Part shown: piece by piece, positions 8,056 to 16,394 of the stretch
Layout of the letters: each line of letters begins with the position of its first letter
How positions within the stretch are numbered: the first letter of the stretch is position 1
Assembly (NCBI GenBank): GCA_035290825.1
Contig: DATDTO010000075.1
Coordinates: 1 to 19,448 of the forward strand
Direction: 5' to 3'
DNA from: an archaeon
Lineage (GTDB): Archaea; Aenigmatarchaeota; Aenigmatarchaeia; QMZP01; JACQNV01
DNA: 19,448 bases
The notes under the pieces: generated by a model
Database searches by the model: none
The model's input: the letters and a program-made list of their open reading frames with translations, nothing else
Told to the model about the DNA's origin: nothing
Made by a program: the position numbers and the translations under genes

Positions 8056-9459
8056 ATGGCATACCCTAGAAAGACCAAGATAATCTGTACATTAGGCCCT
8101 TCAAGTGAGAAGAAAGAGACCTTGTTGGAAATGGTAAAAAATGGGATGAATGGCGCAAGGCTGAATTTCTCACATGGGACAACAGAGGAAAAGGAGTCAC
8201 GCTTGAGGGTTTTGAGGGAAATAAACAAGACCCTTGATATACCGCTCTTTATTATTTCTGACCTCAAAGGGCCGGAGATAAGGATAAACACCGGCGGTAA
8301 AGAGCTTCTGGTAAAAATAGACGAGAAAATATTTTTCACAGTTGATAAAGGCAATATAAACCCGGAAAAGGCGCCTTATACAGTTTGCCTGCCGATTGAT
8401 GCTTTGCCAAGTTCAGGGAAAATAATGGTCGAAGACGGGCTTCTCGAATTTGAAATCTTGAAATCCGACGGCAAAATAGCTGAGTGTGTTGTGAGGAACG
8501 CCGGTGTTTTAAAACACAACAAAGGCGTCAATATACCACAAACCTATGAGCGGACAGAAGCGTTCACAGAGAAGGATTGGAAGGATGTCGATTATAGCAT
8601 GAAGGCTGGTGTTGATTTAATAGCTGCATCCTTTGTCAGGAACAAGCAAGATGTGGAAAGGCTAACAGGATATTTGAAAGGCAGCAAAACACAGGTGATG
8701 GCAAAGATAGAGCACCAAGAAGCTGTGAGAAACATAAATGAGATAATAGCTGCCTCTGATTCAATCATGATTGCGCGCGGTGATTTGGGGGTTGAAGTCC
8801 CTCTGGAGAGCTTACCGAAAACGCAATATGAAATTGTGAAAAAATGCAATGAGGCTGGAAAGCCTGTTGTTGTCGCCACACACATGTTGAATTCCATGAT
8901 TGAGAACCCGCGTCCTACGCGTGCAGAAGTTACAGACGTTGCCAATGCTGTTTTCATGGGTGCAGACGCTGTCATGCTTTCTGGTGAAAGCGCGAATGGG
9001 AAGTATCCTGTAGAGTCTGTATTAATGATGAGTAAAATAGCGTCTACAATAGAAGGAGAAATAAGAAACAGAATAAACAGGTATAATTCTGATCCAACAA
9101 TAATCCCACACATTGTCGGCAAGGCTGTTGCCATGTCTGCAGACAGTATAGACGCAGCCGCTGTCATCTCCTTTACAGAGACAGGCGAATCTGCAAAAAT
9201 GTTATCAAGATATAGAATCAAGCCGCCAATATTTGTTTTAACATCCAAACAATCTGTTTGTGAAAATCTATCTCTTTATTGGGGCACATTCCCTTATTTA
9301 CTCACAGTAACAGGCAAACTGGAAGATGTTGTAGAAAACGGTATAAGATTTTTACAAGAGAAAGGAAAAGTTTCCAAAGGCGACAAAATAGTGATCACAG
9401 CCAACATCACATCAACCAACGGCTCGCAGCGAAATATTGCCGAGATCAGGAAGATTTAG
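8056..9459 (+). CDS. pyk: Pyruvate kinase.
   Basis: MAYPRKTKIICTLGPSS..., NFSHG, MIARGDLGVEVP, MLSGESANGKYP motifs. 467 aa. Confidence 0.9.
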   Translation: MAYPRKTKIICTLGPSSEKKETLLEMVKNGMNGARLNFSHGTTEEKESRLRVLREINKTLDIPLFIISDLKGPEIRINTGGKELLVKIDEKIFFTVDKGNINPEKAPYTVCLPIDALPSSGKIMVEDGLLEFEILKSDGKIAECVVRNAGVLKHNKGVNIPQTYERTEAFTEKDWKDVDYSMKAGVDLIAASFVRNKQDVERLTGYLKGSKTQVMAKIEHQEAVRNINEIIAASDSIMIARGDLGVEVPLESLPKTQYEIVKKCNEAGKPVVVATHMLNSMIENPRPTRAEVTDVANAVFMGADAVMLSGESANGKYPVESVLMMSKIASTIEGEIRNRINRYNSDPTIIPHIVGKAVAMSADSIDAAAVISFTETGESAKMLSRYRIKPPIFVLTSKQSVCENLSLYWGTFPYLLTVTGKLEDVVENGIRFLQEKGKVSKGDKIVITANITSTNGSQRNIAEIRKI

Positions 9460-9889
9460 TTAATTTTTCTATAATCCGTTTCAACTCCCTGATATCCTTT
9501 ATTTTGAAATCGGGTTTTTCTGGTTTGCCTACATTGGGGAATTTGAAATATTCAACCAGGCATGTTTTGATGCCTACCTTCTTTGCTTTCAGATCCTCAT
9601 CTGCACGGTTTCCAACCATCAGGCAGTCCGCTGATTTTATATGGAATTTTTGCAAAACAAGTTTGAAAGGCACCAAGTCAGATTTCTCGTGGCCGACCTC
9701 CTCTGATATCACAACATAGTCAAAGTATTTGTCAATGTCAAGCTGTTTCAAAACTTTCTTGGTGTCTGTTGAGCCATTGCATACAAGTGTGGTTAGTAGA
9801 CCACTCTTTTTGCAAAAAGATAGGATAGATCTCGATCCTGGATACAGTGTAGCCAATTCAAACCATTGTTTGTCCAGGACATTTTCCAT
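9446..9889 (-). CDS. HAD-superfamily hydrolase, C-terminal fragment (gene disrupted by a frameshift).
   Basis: HAD core and motifs III/IV region (LVCNGSTDTKKVLKQL..., ADCLMVGNRADEDLKAKKVGIKT). The same frame upstream reads ...VDIVLKHLGYKPTKSKLLK before the first ATG. Confidence 0.6.
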   Translation of the reverse strand: MENVLDKQWFELATLYPGSRSILSFCKKSGLLTTLVCNGSTDTKKVLKQLDIDKYFDYVVISEEVGHEKSDLVPFKLVLQKFHIKSADCLMVGNRADEDLKAKKVGIKTCLVEYFKFPNVGKPEKPDFKIKDIRELKRIIEKLTKSS

Positions 9890-9891
9890 TT

Positions 9892-10149
9892 TCAGTAGCT
9901 TGGACTTCGTTGGCTTATATCCAAGGTGCTTAAGGACAATGTCAACCTATACCTGCTTCTATGTCTTTTAGGCGAGCCATAATATTTCTTGTTGAAATCT
10001 TCTTTAGTTTCCTCAAAAGTAGCCTTTAATTTACCTTTTGGAATATTGTAACCGAACTGTTTGAAAACATCAAGCTTTTTGGCATTGTATTTCTCAAGGT
10101 TTTGATTGACCAATGTGTCACCCAAGTCAAACATGACGCATTTCAGCAT
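9892..10149 (-). CDS. HAD-superfamily hydrolase, N-terminal fragment. Motif I is present and the tail is out of frame.
   Basis: MLKCVMFDLGDTLV is HAD motif I (DxD). The last ~20 residues (KRHRSRYRLTLSLSTLDISQRSPSY) look like frameshift read-through. Start is adjacent to the thrS stop. Confidence 0.55.
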   Translation of the reverse strand: MLKCVMFDLGDTLVNQNLEKYNAKKLDVFKQFGYNIPKGKLKATFEETKEDFNKKYYGSPKRHRSRYRLTLSLSTLDISQRSPSY

Positions 10150-11874
10150 CTATTTCTTCTCCTCGATTTCGGTTTTTAATTTAGAAATGAAGTCCTCTTT
10201 TTTCACACCAAAGTCTACAGATTTTTTGCCTCTTGTCCTGACAGCGAGAGTCTGCTTTTCTTCTTCCTGATCACCAATGACAATTGTATATGGCAGTTTC
10301 TGGGTTTCGCAATCCCTAACCTTGTACTCAATTGTATGATCGCGTAAATCCACCTCAACCCTTATACCATTTTCCTTCAACTCTGCTACAAGGGCTTCCA
10401 CAGCTTTCTTGTTCCTATCTGTAAAGGATAGCACGCGAACCTGCACAGGCGCGAGCCATACAGGCAGCCGCCCTTCAGTCTGTTCCAATAAGTAGGCTAT
10501 AAACCTTTCATAGCTGCCCAATATTGCGTGGTGTATGATTATTACATGGCCTTTGCTGTTGTCATCTTTTACATAACTGATATCAAGCCTTTTTGGTACG
10601 ACTATATCAATCTGCGAGGTTGCAATTGTCTCCTCTTTCCCATTGCTGTTTTTTATTTGGACATCTATCTTTGGTCCGTAAAAGGCTGCCTCACCAACAC
10701 CTTCCACAACATTCGCGCCAAATTCCTTCATGGCCTTCCTGATCTCTTCGCATGCGTGCTCCCATTCCTTTGGGTCGCCAGTATATTTGTCCGGATTGTT
10801 TTTGAAATCAGGCAAAGAAAGCCTGAACCAATAACCTTTGATGCCCATTACTTGGTAAACTTCCTTGAACAGATGCAAAACTTTCACAAATTCTTCCTTC
10901 AACTGGTCTGGCCTTACATAAATGTGCGAATCGTTTTGCAAAAAGCCCTTCACCCTGATTAACCCGTACATTACTCCAGACAGTTCATTCCTATAAGTCA
11001 TTCCTGGCTCCGCGAGCCTTAGCGGCAAATCCCTGTAGCTGTTAACAAGCTGCTTGAAAATCATGTGGTGGTGCGGGCAGTTCATCGGCTTGAGATAATA
11101 TTCCTGTCCATCGATATCTATCGGTGGGTACATAGAGTCTGCATAATATGGTAGATGGCCCGTTGCATGGTACATCGACCCCTTTGCGATGTGTGGTGTT
11201 GAAACATATTTGTATCCATATTTTTCTTCCACGCTTCTCATGTATTCTATCAATGTGTGGCGTAGCGTCTCGCCATACGGCATCCATAAAGGCAGGCCTG
11301 AACCAATCTCATCTGCAAGGTGGAAGATTTTCAAATCCTGTCCAAGGATCCTGTGGTCGTTTGGTGGAAGCTCCCTTCTATCCAATGTTATTTTGCCAGC
11401 CTCTTTGTTCGCCGGTTTCGCGGCACTTTTAACAACCCTTTTCTCTTCACCTGAACCAAGCTCTCTGCTTAACTCAGACAGCGGATGACCCTTTACAGCT
11501 AAAGACAGTTTTTTATACCAGCCAAAAGGCGCGCGCCAGACCTTGAATTCCTTTGACAATTCCTTTTCTGCGCTGCCTAAAACCCTTTGTGCGATTTCAA
11601 CAGAAGATAAGTTACTGCTCAAGTGGGCATATGGGTATACAACTATGTTTTTTGCCTTCACCATTTCCACAACTTCCTTTATGTTTTTAATGTATTCTAA
11701 AACAGACTTTTCAGGATCTTTCTCGTCTGTTTTCTCAACAGCTGTCAAAACAACTAGACAATCCTCAACCTTTACAGCTTTCTTGTCTGCTATATCTTCA
11801 GCTGACTTGATAGCCTTCTTCGTCGGTTCCCATCCTACCCAATCACAGTGAAGCAATAATATTTTCATAAGCAT
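10150..11874 (-). CDS. thrS: Threonyl-tRNA synthetase, archaeal type with fused N-terminal editing domain.
   Basis: Archaeal editing domain at the N-terminus (MKILLLHCDWVGWEP...), class II catalytic core (FRLSLPDF..., HHAILGSYERFIAYLLEQTEGRLPVWLAP) and a C-terminal anticodon-binding domain. The true start may be the third codon (ATG at 11868). Confidence 0.9.
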   Translation of the reverse strand: MLMKILLLHCDWVGWEPTKKAIKSAEDIADKKAVKVEDCLVVLTAVEKTDEKDPEKSVLEYIKNIKEVVEMVKAKNIVVYPYAHLSSNLSSVEIAQRVLGSAEKELSKEFKVWRAPFGWYKKLSLAVKGHPLSELSRELGSGEEKRVVKSAAKPANKEAGKITLDRRELPPNDHRILGQDLKIFHLADEIGSGLPLWMPYGETLRHTLIEYMRSVEEKYGYKYVSTPHIAKGSMYHATGHLPYYADSMYPPIDIDGQEYYLKPMNCPHHHMIFKQLVNSYRDLPLRLAEPGMTYRNELSGVMYGLIRVKGFLQNDSHIYVRPDQLKEEFVKVLHLFKEVYQVMGIKGYWFRLSLPDFKNNPDKYTGDPKEWEHACEEIRKAMKEFGANVVEGVGEAAFYGPKIDVQIKNSNGKEETIATSQIDIVVPKRLDISYVKDDNSKGHVIIIHHAILGSYERFIAYLLEQTEGRLPVWLAPVQVRVLSFTDRNKKAVEALVAELKENGIRVEVDLRDHTIEYKVRDCETQKLPYTIVIGDQEEEKQTLAVRTRGKKSVDFGVKKEDFISKLKTEIEEKK

Positions 11875-12023
11875 CCAGCCTTTGAGGATTTGTAAGGGAC
11901 CCTATAATCCTCTGAACCTTTCATCTCAATAGGTGCGACAGGTTCCATTATCTGATATATGTGTTTTATTCTTTTAAATCCAACCATTTCCGGGTCTGCC
12001 AGTATGTCTACCATAAACAGTTG

Positions 12024-12044
12024 GAAGCTGATTAAATCAGCTTC
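12024..12044. repeat. Inverted repeat GAAGCTGATT-A-AATCAGCTTC followed by a C7 tract.
   Basis: Arms are perfect reverse complements with a 1-nt centre at 12034. Followed by GGCCCCCCC at 12045-12053. Confidence 0.4.
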
Positions 12045-12330
12045 GGCCCCCCCAACACCTCACCACCATATTTGGTCTACCCTTAACATCTGAAATGATA
12101 AGCTTCATGCCGCTTTTATTGACCTTTTCCAAAACACTGTTATGACATCTAGAATGCGCCGACTTTGAAAGTGAAATCTTCTCGAGATTCTGACACTTTT
12201 CTAAAACCTCAAAAAGCATCTTAGAATTCAAAAACTTTCTAAAATGAACTTCTGATATTGAAGATGACAATCTGTTCAAATCGCTGTAGCTAGAAATAAC
12301 TGCCTTTTTTCCCGGCTGTCCGTAACCCAC
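12037..12330 (-). CDS. Weak hypothetical ORF (97 codons, GTG start). Possibly non-coding.
   Basis: Only ORF in the 550-nt gap between thrS and the aspartokinase gene. It starts with GTG (the track labels it M). Its stop lies inside the 12024-12044 hairpin. No recognisable motif apart from LRR-like LEKCQNLEKISLSKS. Confidence 0.25.
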   Translation of the reverse strand: MGYGQPGKKAVISSYSDLNRLSSSISEVHFRKFLNSKMLFEVLEKCQNLEKISLSKSAHSRCHNSVLEKVNKSGMKLIISDVKGRPNMVVRCWGGRS

Positions 12331-12423
12331 CTTGCATAAATATCACCTTATGATAATCCAATTTCACCTTAGTTTATTTGTAACCTATATATAAATCACT
12401 TACCAAATGTCGTAAAAGCGAAA

Positions 12424-13815
12424 CTAACTCTTATTAGAAACAGGACCTAGTTCTTCGTACAAAGCTTTTACAACAGAGTTTACTTTATCTGTATCCACAA
12501 TTAAAGTCACGCTGGGGGAATCCCCTATTCCAGCTACTTTCTCTTCATCTGGTTGTGATATACCCCTTATAGTAGCGCCTTGACTTGCTAATACTCCAGT
12601 AATTCTATGCAGAGAACCAGGGACTTCACTCATAGCATCGCCTGTCACAGTTATAGAGCTTTTCCCTTCTCTTACAGCGACTTCTGGTTTATATCCAATT
12701 TCTGTTAAACGGGTTTTAATAACTCTTTCAAAACCATTGGCGTACCTTGAAGTTACTGATATCCTATTTGCTCCAGTAGCAATATCTAAAATCGGAATTT
12801 TATTTTCACTAAATACATCCAAAACTTTAGCCCCATAACCAACATCACCGGAACCCATCAGCGGATCCCTGACGGTGTAAACATAAACTGGACCCACAGA
12901 TACAGCGGCCACTATTCTTTCTTTTGTTGTTTGTGACTTTTCCCCAATTCTTGTGCCTTTTCCTTTTTCTATATCTTTAACAATTATCCCTCTTTTATTT
13001 TCCCTGGCAATTTCTATTGCGAGCGGATGAACAACCCTCGCTCCTCTCCATGTTATCTGAGAAGCTTCACCATAGCTCAGAAACTCTAAAACATCTGTTG
13101 CCATAACACCAGGTTCTACAAAAAGAACTCCAGGGACATCTTTTATTATCTCACCGTCGCTTCCATCAAAAGCAGCTCCCACAAGGGCAAAAGCAACATC
13201 TGTTGAATTCCTTCCCATCAATATGTAATGACCTGTTTCCTCACAGTGCCCTACATATCCTCCGACTACTGGTATTACTCTAGATCTTGGCCCTATAAGA
13301 CCTTCAATTTTACTTCTTATCTTCACTTTTGACGTTTCTATTTTGGGTCTACCATATGGATTGACAACGATTCCAGCTTCCCCACCATCAAAATATTCAG
13401 AGCGAAAGCCAAGCTCCTCTAACCAACCCTTTAGCATTATACCAGAATGATCCTCTCCTGCTGCCAAAACTCTAGCTTCTTGTGTCTTATCACCGTTTAA
13501 TAAAAGTGCCCTCAAATTCTCCAATCTCTTTTCAAGCTCATTTGATGTTCTTGATCTAGCAGGACCCTCTGGCATCTGTTTTAGAAGATCTTCATACACG
13601 CTATTTAAGTAACGTGTAGGATAGCTAGCATTCCCCTCGCTAGGCGGCCAACCCCAATATTCTATGAGGTTATCACTTATACCATAAGGCGCAGACACAA
13701 CAGCTATTGGCCTCTCACCATCTTCAAATCTTCTGGCAAGATATTCTGCCGATTTTCTAAATCCATCTTCCTTGAATATACTTCCACCCAATTTTACAGC
13801 TAATGCTTCTACCAT
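12424..13815 (-). CDS. Aspartate kinase (amino-acid kinase family catalytic domain plus C-terminal ACT-type regulatory region), divergent.
   Basis: AVKLGGS (cf. KFGGTS), IAVVSAP, GGEAGIVVNP, VIPVVGGYVG..., MGRNSTDVAFALVGAAFDGSDGEIIKDVPGVLFVEPGV..LSYGEASQITWRGARVVHP (cf. LGRGGSD..EIWTDV.GVYT.DPR..LSY.EA.EL..GAKVLHP). C-terminal repeat of ACT-like segments. Confidence 0.75.
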   Translation of the reverse strand: MVEALAVKLGGSIFKEDGFRKSAEYLARRFEDGERPIAVVSAPYGISDNLIEYWGWPPSEGNASYPTRYLNSVYEDLLKQMPEGPARSRTSNELEKRLENLRALLLNGDKTQEARVLAAGEDHSGIMLKGWLEELGFRSEYFDGGEAGIVVNPYGRPKIETSKVKIRSKIEGLIGPRSRVIPVVGGYVGHCEETGHYILMGRNSTDVAFALVGAAFDGSDGEIIKDVPGVLFVEPGVMATDVLEFLSYGEASQITWRGARVVHPLAIEIARENKRGIIVKDIEKGKGTRIGEKSQTTKERIVAAVSVGPVYVYTVRDPLMGSGDVGYGAKVLDVFSENKIPILDIATGANRISVTSRYANGFERVIKTRLTEIGYKPEVAVREGKSSITVTGDAMSEVPGSLHRITGVLASQGATIRGISQPDEEKVAGIGDSPSVTLIVDTDKVNSVVKALYEELGPVSNKS

Positions 13816-13899
13816 GAATAACAGTTGGACGTTAATTATAAAAAGCCATTTTGTTCGCTAAATCTTTAATAACCCTAACAAATAAACCGTATTATCTAT

Positions 13900-13972
13900 A
13901 GCCCCGTCGTATAGAGGCCAAGTATGCTAGGCTCTGGACCTGGAGACCGCGGTTCGAATCCGCGCGGGGCTA
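13900..13972 (+). tRNA. tRNA-Gln (anticodon CUG), 73 nt, no encoded CCA.
   Basis: Manual fold. Acceptor AGCCCCG/CGGGGCU with 7 perfect bp and an A1:U72 first pair as in archaeal tRNA-Gln. D stem GUAU/GUAU with two G.U pairs. Anticodon stem CTAGG/CCTGG. Loop CT-CTG-GA. T stem CGCGG/CCGCG with loop TTCGAAT. Discriminator A. Confidence 0.8.
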
Positions 13973-14021
13973 TAGGATTTTTGTCATCAATCCCAGCAGT
14001 CTTTAAAAGGACAGTTGGGAA

Positions 14022-15215
14022 GTGACAGTCATGAATGAACTCTATCCACAAGGCGCAAAGCTGCTGAAAAACGCAGAAGAGAAAATAATCAGAAATACAA
14101 AAATCAGCGAAAGGAACAAAGATTTTATTCTGAAATTCAAAAGGCACTGCGAATCACAGGCGCTGACAGACTTAAGGATGGTCTTCCACCTTACAAAGCT
14201 CAGGTTCATTGCAGAAGGCACAAAGGACTTTGATAAATGGGGAAGGGAGGACGTTGAAAGTGTCCTTGTTTTAATAAACAAAAGGTCAGGCACTCCGCAG
14301 ACAAAGAACGGATTTATTTCATGCTTAAGATGCTTCTTTAGGTATGTTCTCGAACTGGATTCCAGTGATCCACTGCCAAAATGGCTGAAATGGATCAGGA
14401 AAGAAGCATGCCCCACCACCCTCAAAAAAGAAGACCTTTGGACAGGTGAGGAGCTTAGCAGATTTTTCAACTGCACATCAGATCCAATGTGGAAGGCCAT
14501 GTTCTATCTCATGTGGGAAGGAGCATTAAGGCCTGGAGAAGTGCGGAGCATAAGAATCAAAGACTGCACAGTAGAAGGCACCAAAATCAAAATATATGTC
14601 AGGGGAAAGATGGCAAAAACACAGGGCGACAGACCCATTTTCATTATAAAATCCCACAGCGTTCTGAAACACTGGTTGGATATGCATAAGTTCAGAAACA
14701 ATCCGGAAGCATACCTTTTCTGTGACACTAAAGGAAACCCAATAATATACAATACTTTTCTGGTAAAGTTTAAGAGGACAGCAAAGGAATCCAACATAAC
14801 AAAAAAGGCGTTCCCCTACCTTCTTCGCCATACAACTGCAACAGAAGTCTACAAGAACCAGAACCCGATAGTGGCCAGAAAAATACTCGGCCATGGGCCA
14901 AACAGCAGGATGGAAAATGTTTATTGCCATTTAAACGAGGATGATATAGAAGAGGCTGTTACAGGTACAAATGGGGAAACGAGGATTTCAAAGAGGGAAA
15001 TAACAGTATGTTCCCGGTGCGGAAAAGCCAATAAATCTGGGTCAGAATCTTGTTTTAGCTGTGGTTTTGTCCTAAAAGAAATCATAGACGAAGAGACCCA
15101 AAAATATGCCCTCCGCCTGCTCAAAGCACTCAGAATTTTAGAAACCAAATACCCTGAAATAAAAGGCGTTTTCGAGGAAATTGCTAAGAAAGAGGGTATG
15201 TTATATGATGTCTAG
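14022..15215 (+). CDS. int: Tyrosine recombinase / integrase (XerC/D-phage integrase family) with a C-terminal zinc-ribbon extension.
   Basis: ALRPGEVRSIRIKD (box I Arg), LRHTTATEVY (HxxR), ARKILGHGPNSRMENVYCH (catalytic Tyr). Then C-terminal CSRCGKANKSGSESCFSCGF. Starts 49 nt after the tRNA-Gln 3' end. Confidence 0.9.
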   Translation: MTVMNELYPQGAKLLKNAEEKIIRNTKISERNKDFILKFKRHCESQALTDLRMVFHLTKLRFIAEGTKDFDKWGREDVESVLVLINKRSGTPQTKNGFISCLRCFFRYVLELDSSDPLPKWLKWIRKEACPTTLKKEDLWTGEELSRFFNCTSDPMWKAMFYLMWEGALRPGEVRSIRIKDCTVEGTKIKIYVRGKMAKTQGDRPIFIIKSHSVLKHWLDMHKFRNNPEAYLFCDTKGNPIIYNTFLVKFKRTAKESNITKKAFPYLLRHTTATEVYKNQNPIVARKILGHGPNSRMENVYCHLNEDDIEEAVTGTNGETRISKREITVCSRCGKANKSGSESCFSCGFVLKEIIDEETQKYALRLLKALRILETKYPEIKGVFEEIAKKEGMLYDV

Positions 15216-15321
15216 CCAACGAAAGTGAGGCGGCTTTTAAGCCTTTGATATTTCCCCAAGTTTAGAAAAATCTAAGACACAAAGTTCATCAATCTCCTAT
15301 GTATACTAGTTAAAACTTATT

Positions 15322-15340
15322 AACTATTGTGTGAATAGTT
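15322..15340. promoter_or_regulatory. Inverted repeat AACTATT-GTGTG-AATAGTT in the methyltransferase promoter region. Candidate operator.
   Basis: 7-bp arms with a 5-nt spacer, 17-35 nt upstream of the MTase start. A TATA-like TTTATCATATT follows. Confidence 0.25.
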
Positions 15341-15356
15341 TATCATATTGGGTTAA

Positions 15357-16394
15357 GTGATAATTATGATCAGGCGACAAACTGTGCAGAAACGAATAAC
15401 AAATTTTGACCAGAAATATTCACGAGAAAATGAAGATGATGATAAAAAATCAAAATTTACTTTTGTCGATCTCTTCGCGGGTATTGGCGGCATCAGGATG
15501 GGGTTTGAAAATGTCAGTTGTAAATGTGTTTTCACATCAGAATGGGATAAACACGCACAGAAAACATATGAGTCAAATTTTGGAGAAATACCCCATGGTG
15601 ATATAACAAAAATTAATCCAGAAGAAATACCACCGTTTGACATACTTCTTGCAGGTTTTCCATGTCAGCCGTTTTCACAGGCAGGCCTAAAAAAAGGATT
15701 CGATGATACCAGAGGAACTCTTTTTTTTGACATAGCCAGAATTATTCAGCGCCACAAACCTCGTGTAATTTTTCTTGAAAACGTAAGAAATCTTGCAGGT
15801 CATGACAAAGGGAAAACACTTTCTGTAATAGTCAAAACATTGGAGGATCTGGGCTATAGTGTCTTTACCAAGGTCATAAATGCAAAGGATTTCGGTTTAC
15901 CACAGAACAGGGCAAGGATATATATTGTCGGTTTTAGGGATAATATAAAATTTGATTTTCCAAAAGAACCAAAAATACCAACAAAGGTGGGTCAGATCCT
16001 CAACAAAAACGTGGATGACATATACACACTGTCAGATAAGCTGTGGGCAGGTCACCAGAGACGTAAAAGGGAACATGCTCTGAAGGGTAACGGATTCGGA
16101 TATTCAATTTTCAATGAAAATTCTCAATATACAAGTACCATTTCAGCCAGATATTACAAGGACGGTTCGGAAATTTTGGTTGAACAAAAAAATAAAAATC
16201 CACGTAAACTCACTCCGAGGGAGGCTGCGAGGCTTCAGGGATTTCCGGACAGTTTTATTATTCCTGTAAGCGATACCCAGGCATATAAACAACTGGGAAA
16301 CAGTGTGGCCGTACCTGTTATTAAAGCTCTTGCAACACAAATTATTAAAGAATTGCAGAAAGCTGATGAAGGGAGATGCAATGAAAATAAATAA
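15357..16394 (+). CDS. DNA (cytosine-5)-methyltransferase of a type II R-M system.
   Basis: Motif I FVDLFAGIGG, motif IV GFPCQPFSQAG, motif VI ENVRNL, motif VIII QNRARIYIVG, RKLTPREAARLQGFPDSF, motif X QLGNSVAVPV. Short TRD (about 90 aa). The track start at 15357 is GTG; an ATG follows at 15366. Confidence 0.9.
   Translation: MIIMIRRQTVQKRITNFDQKYSRENEDDDKKSKFTFVDLFAGIGGIRMGFENVSCKCVFTSEWDKHAQKTYESNFGEIPHGDITKINPEEIPPFDILLAGFPCQPFSQAGLKKGFDDTRGTLFFDIARIIQRHKPRVIFLENVRNLAGHDKGKTLSVIVKTLEDLGYSVFTKVINAKDFGLPQNRARIYIVGFRDNIKFDFPKEPKIPTKVGQILNKNVDDIYTLSDKLWAGHQRRKREHALKGNGFGYSIFNENSQYTSTISARYYKDGSEILVEQKNKNPRKLTPREAARLQGFPDSFIIPVSDTQAYKQLGNSVAVPVIKALATQIIKELQKADEGRCNENK

Noticed and set aside
13896-14147. 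Minus-strand ORF (83 aa) covering the tRNA-Gln and the start of the integrase
   Set aside because: It is simply the translation of the tRNA complement (…GFEPRSPGPEP…) and antisense to int. The tRNA fold and the integrase motifs explain the region.
16303-16380. Upstream extension of the putative REase ORF (MWPYLLLKLLQHKLLKNCRKLMKGDA)
   Set aside because: It lies entirely inside the MTase coding region in another frame. The ATG at 16381 gives the classic short M/R overlap, so that was preferred.
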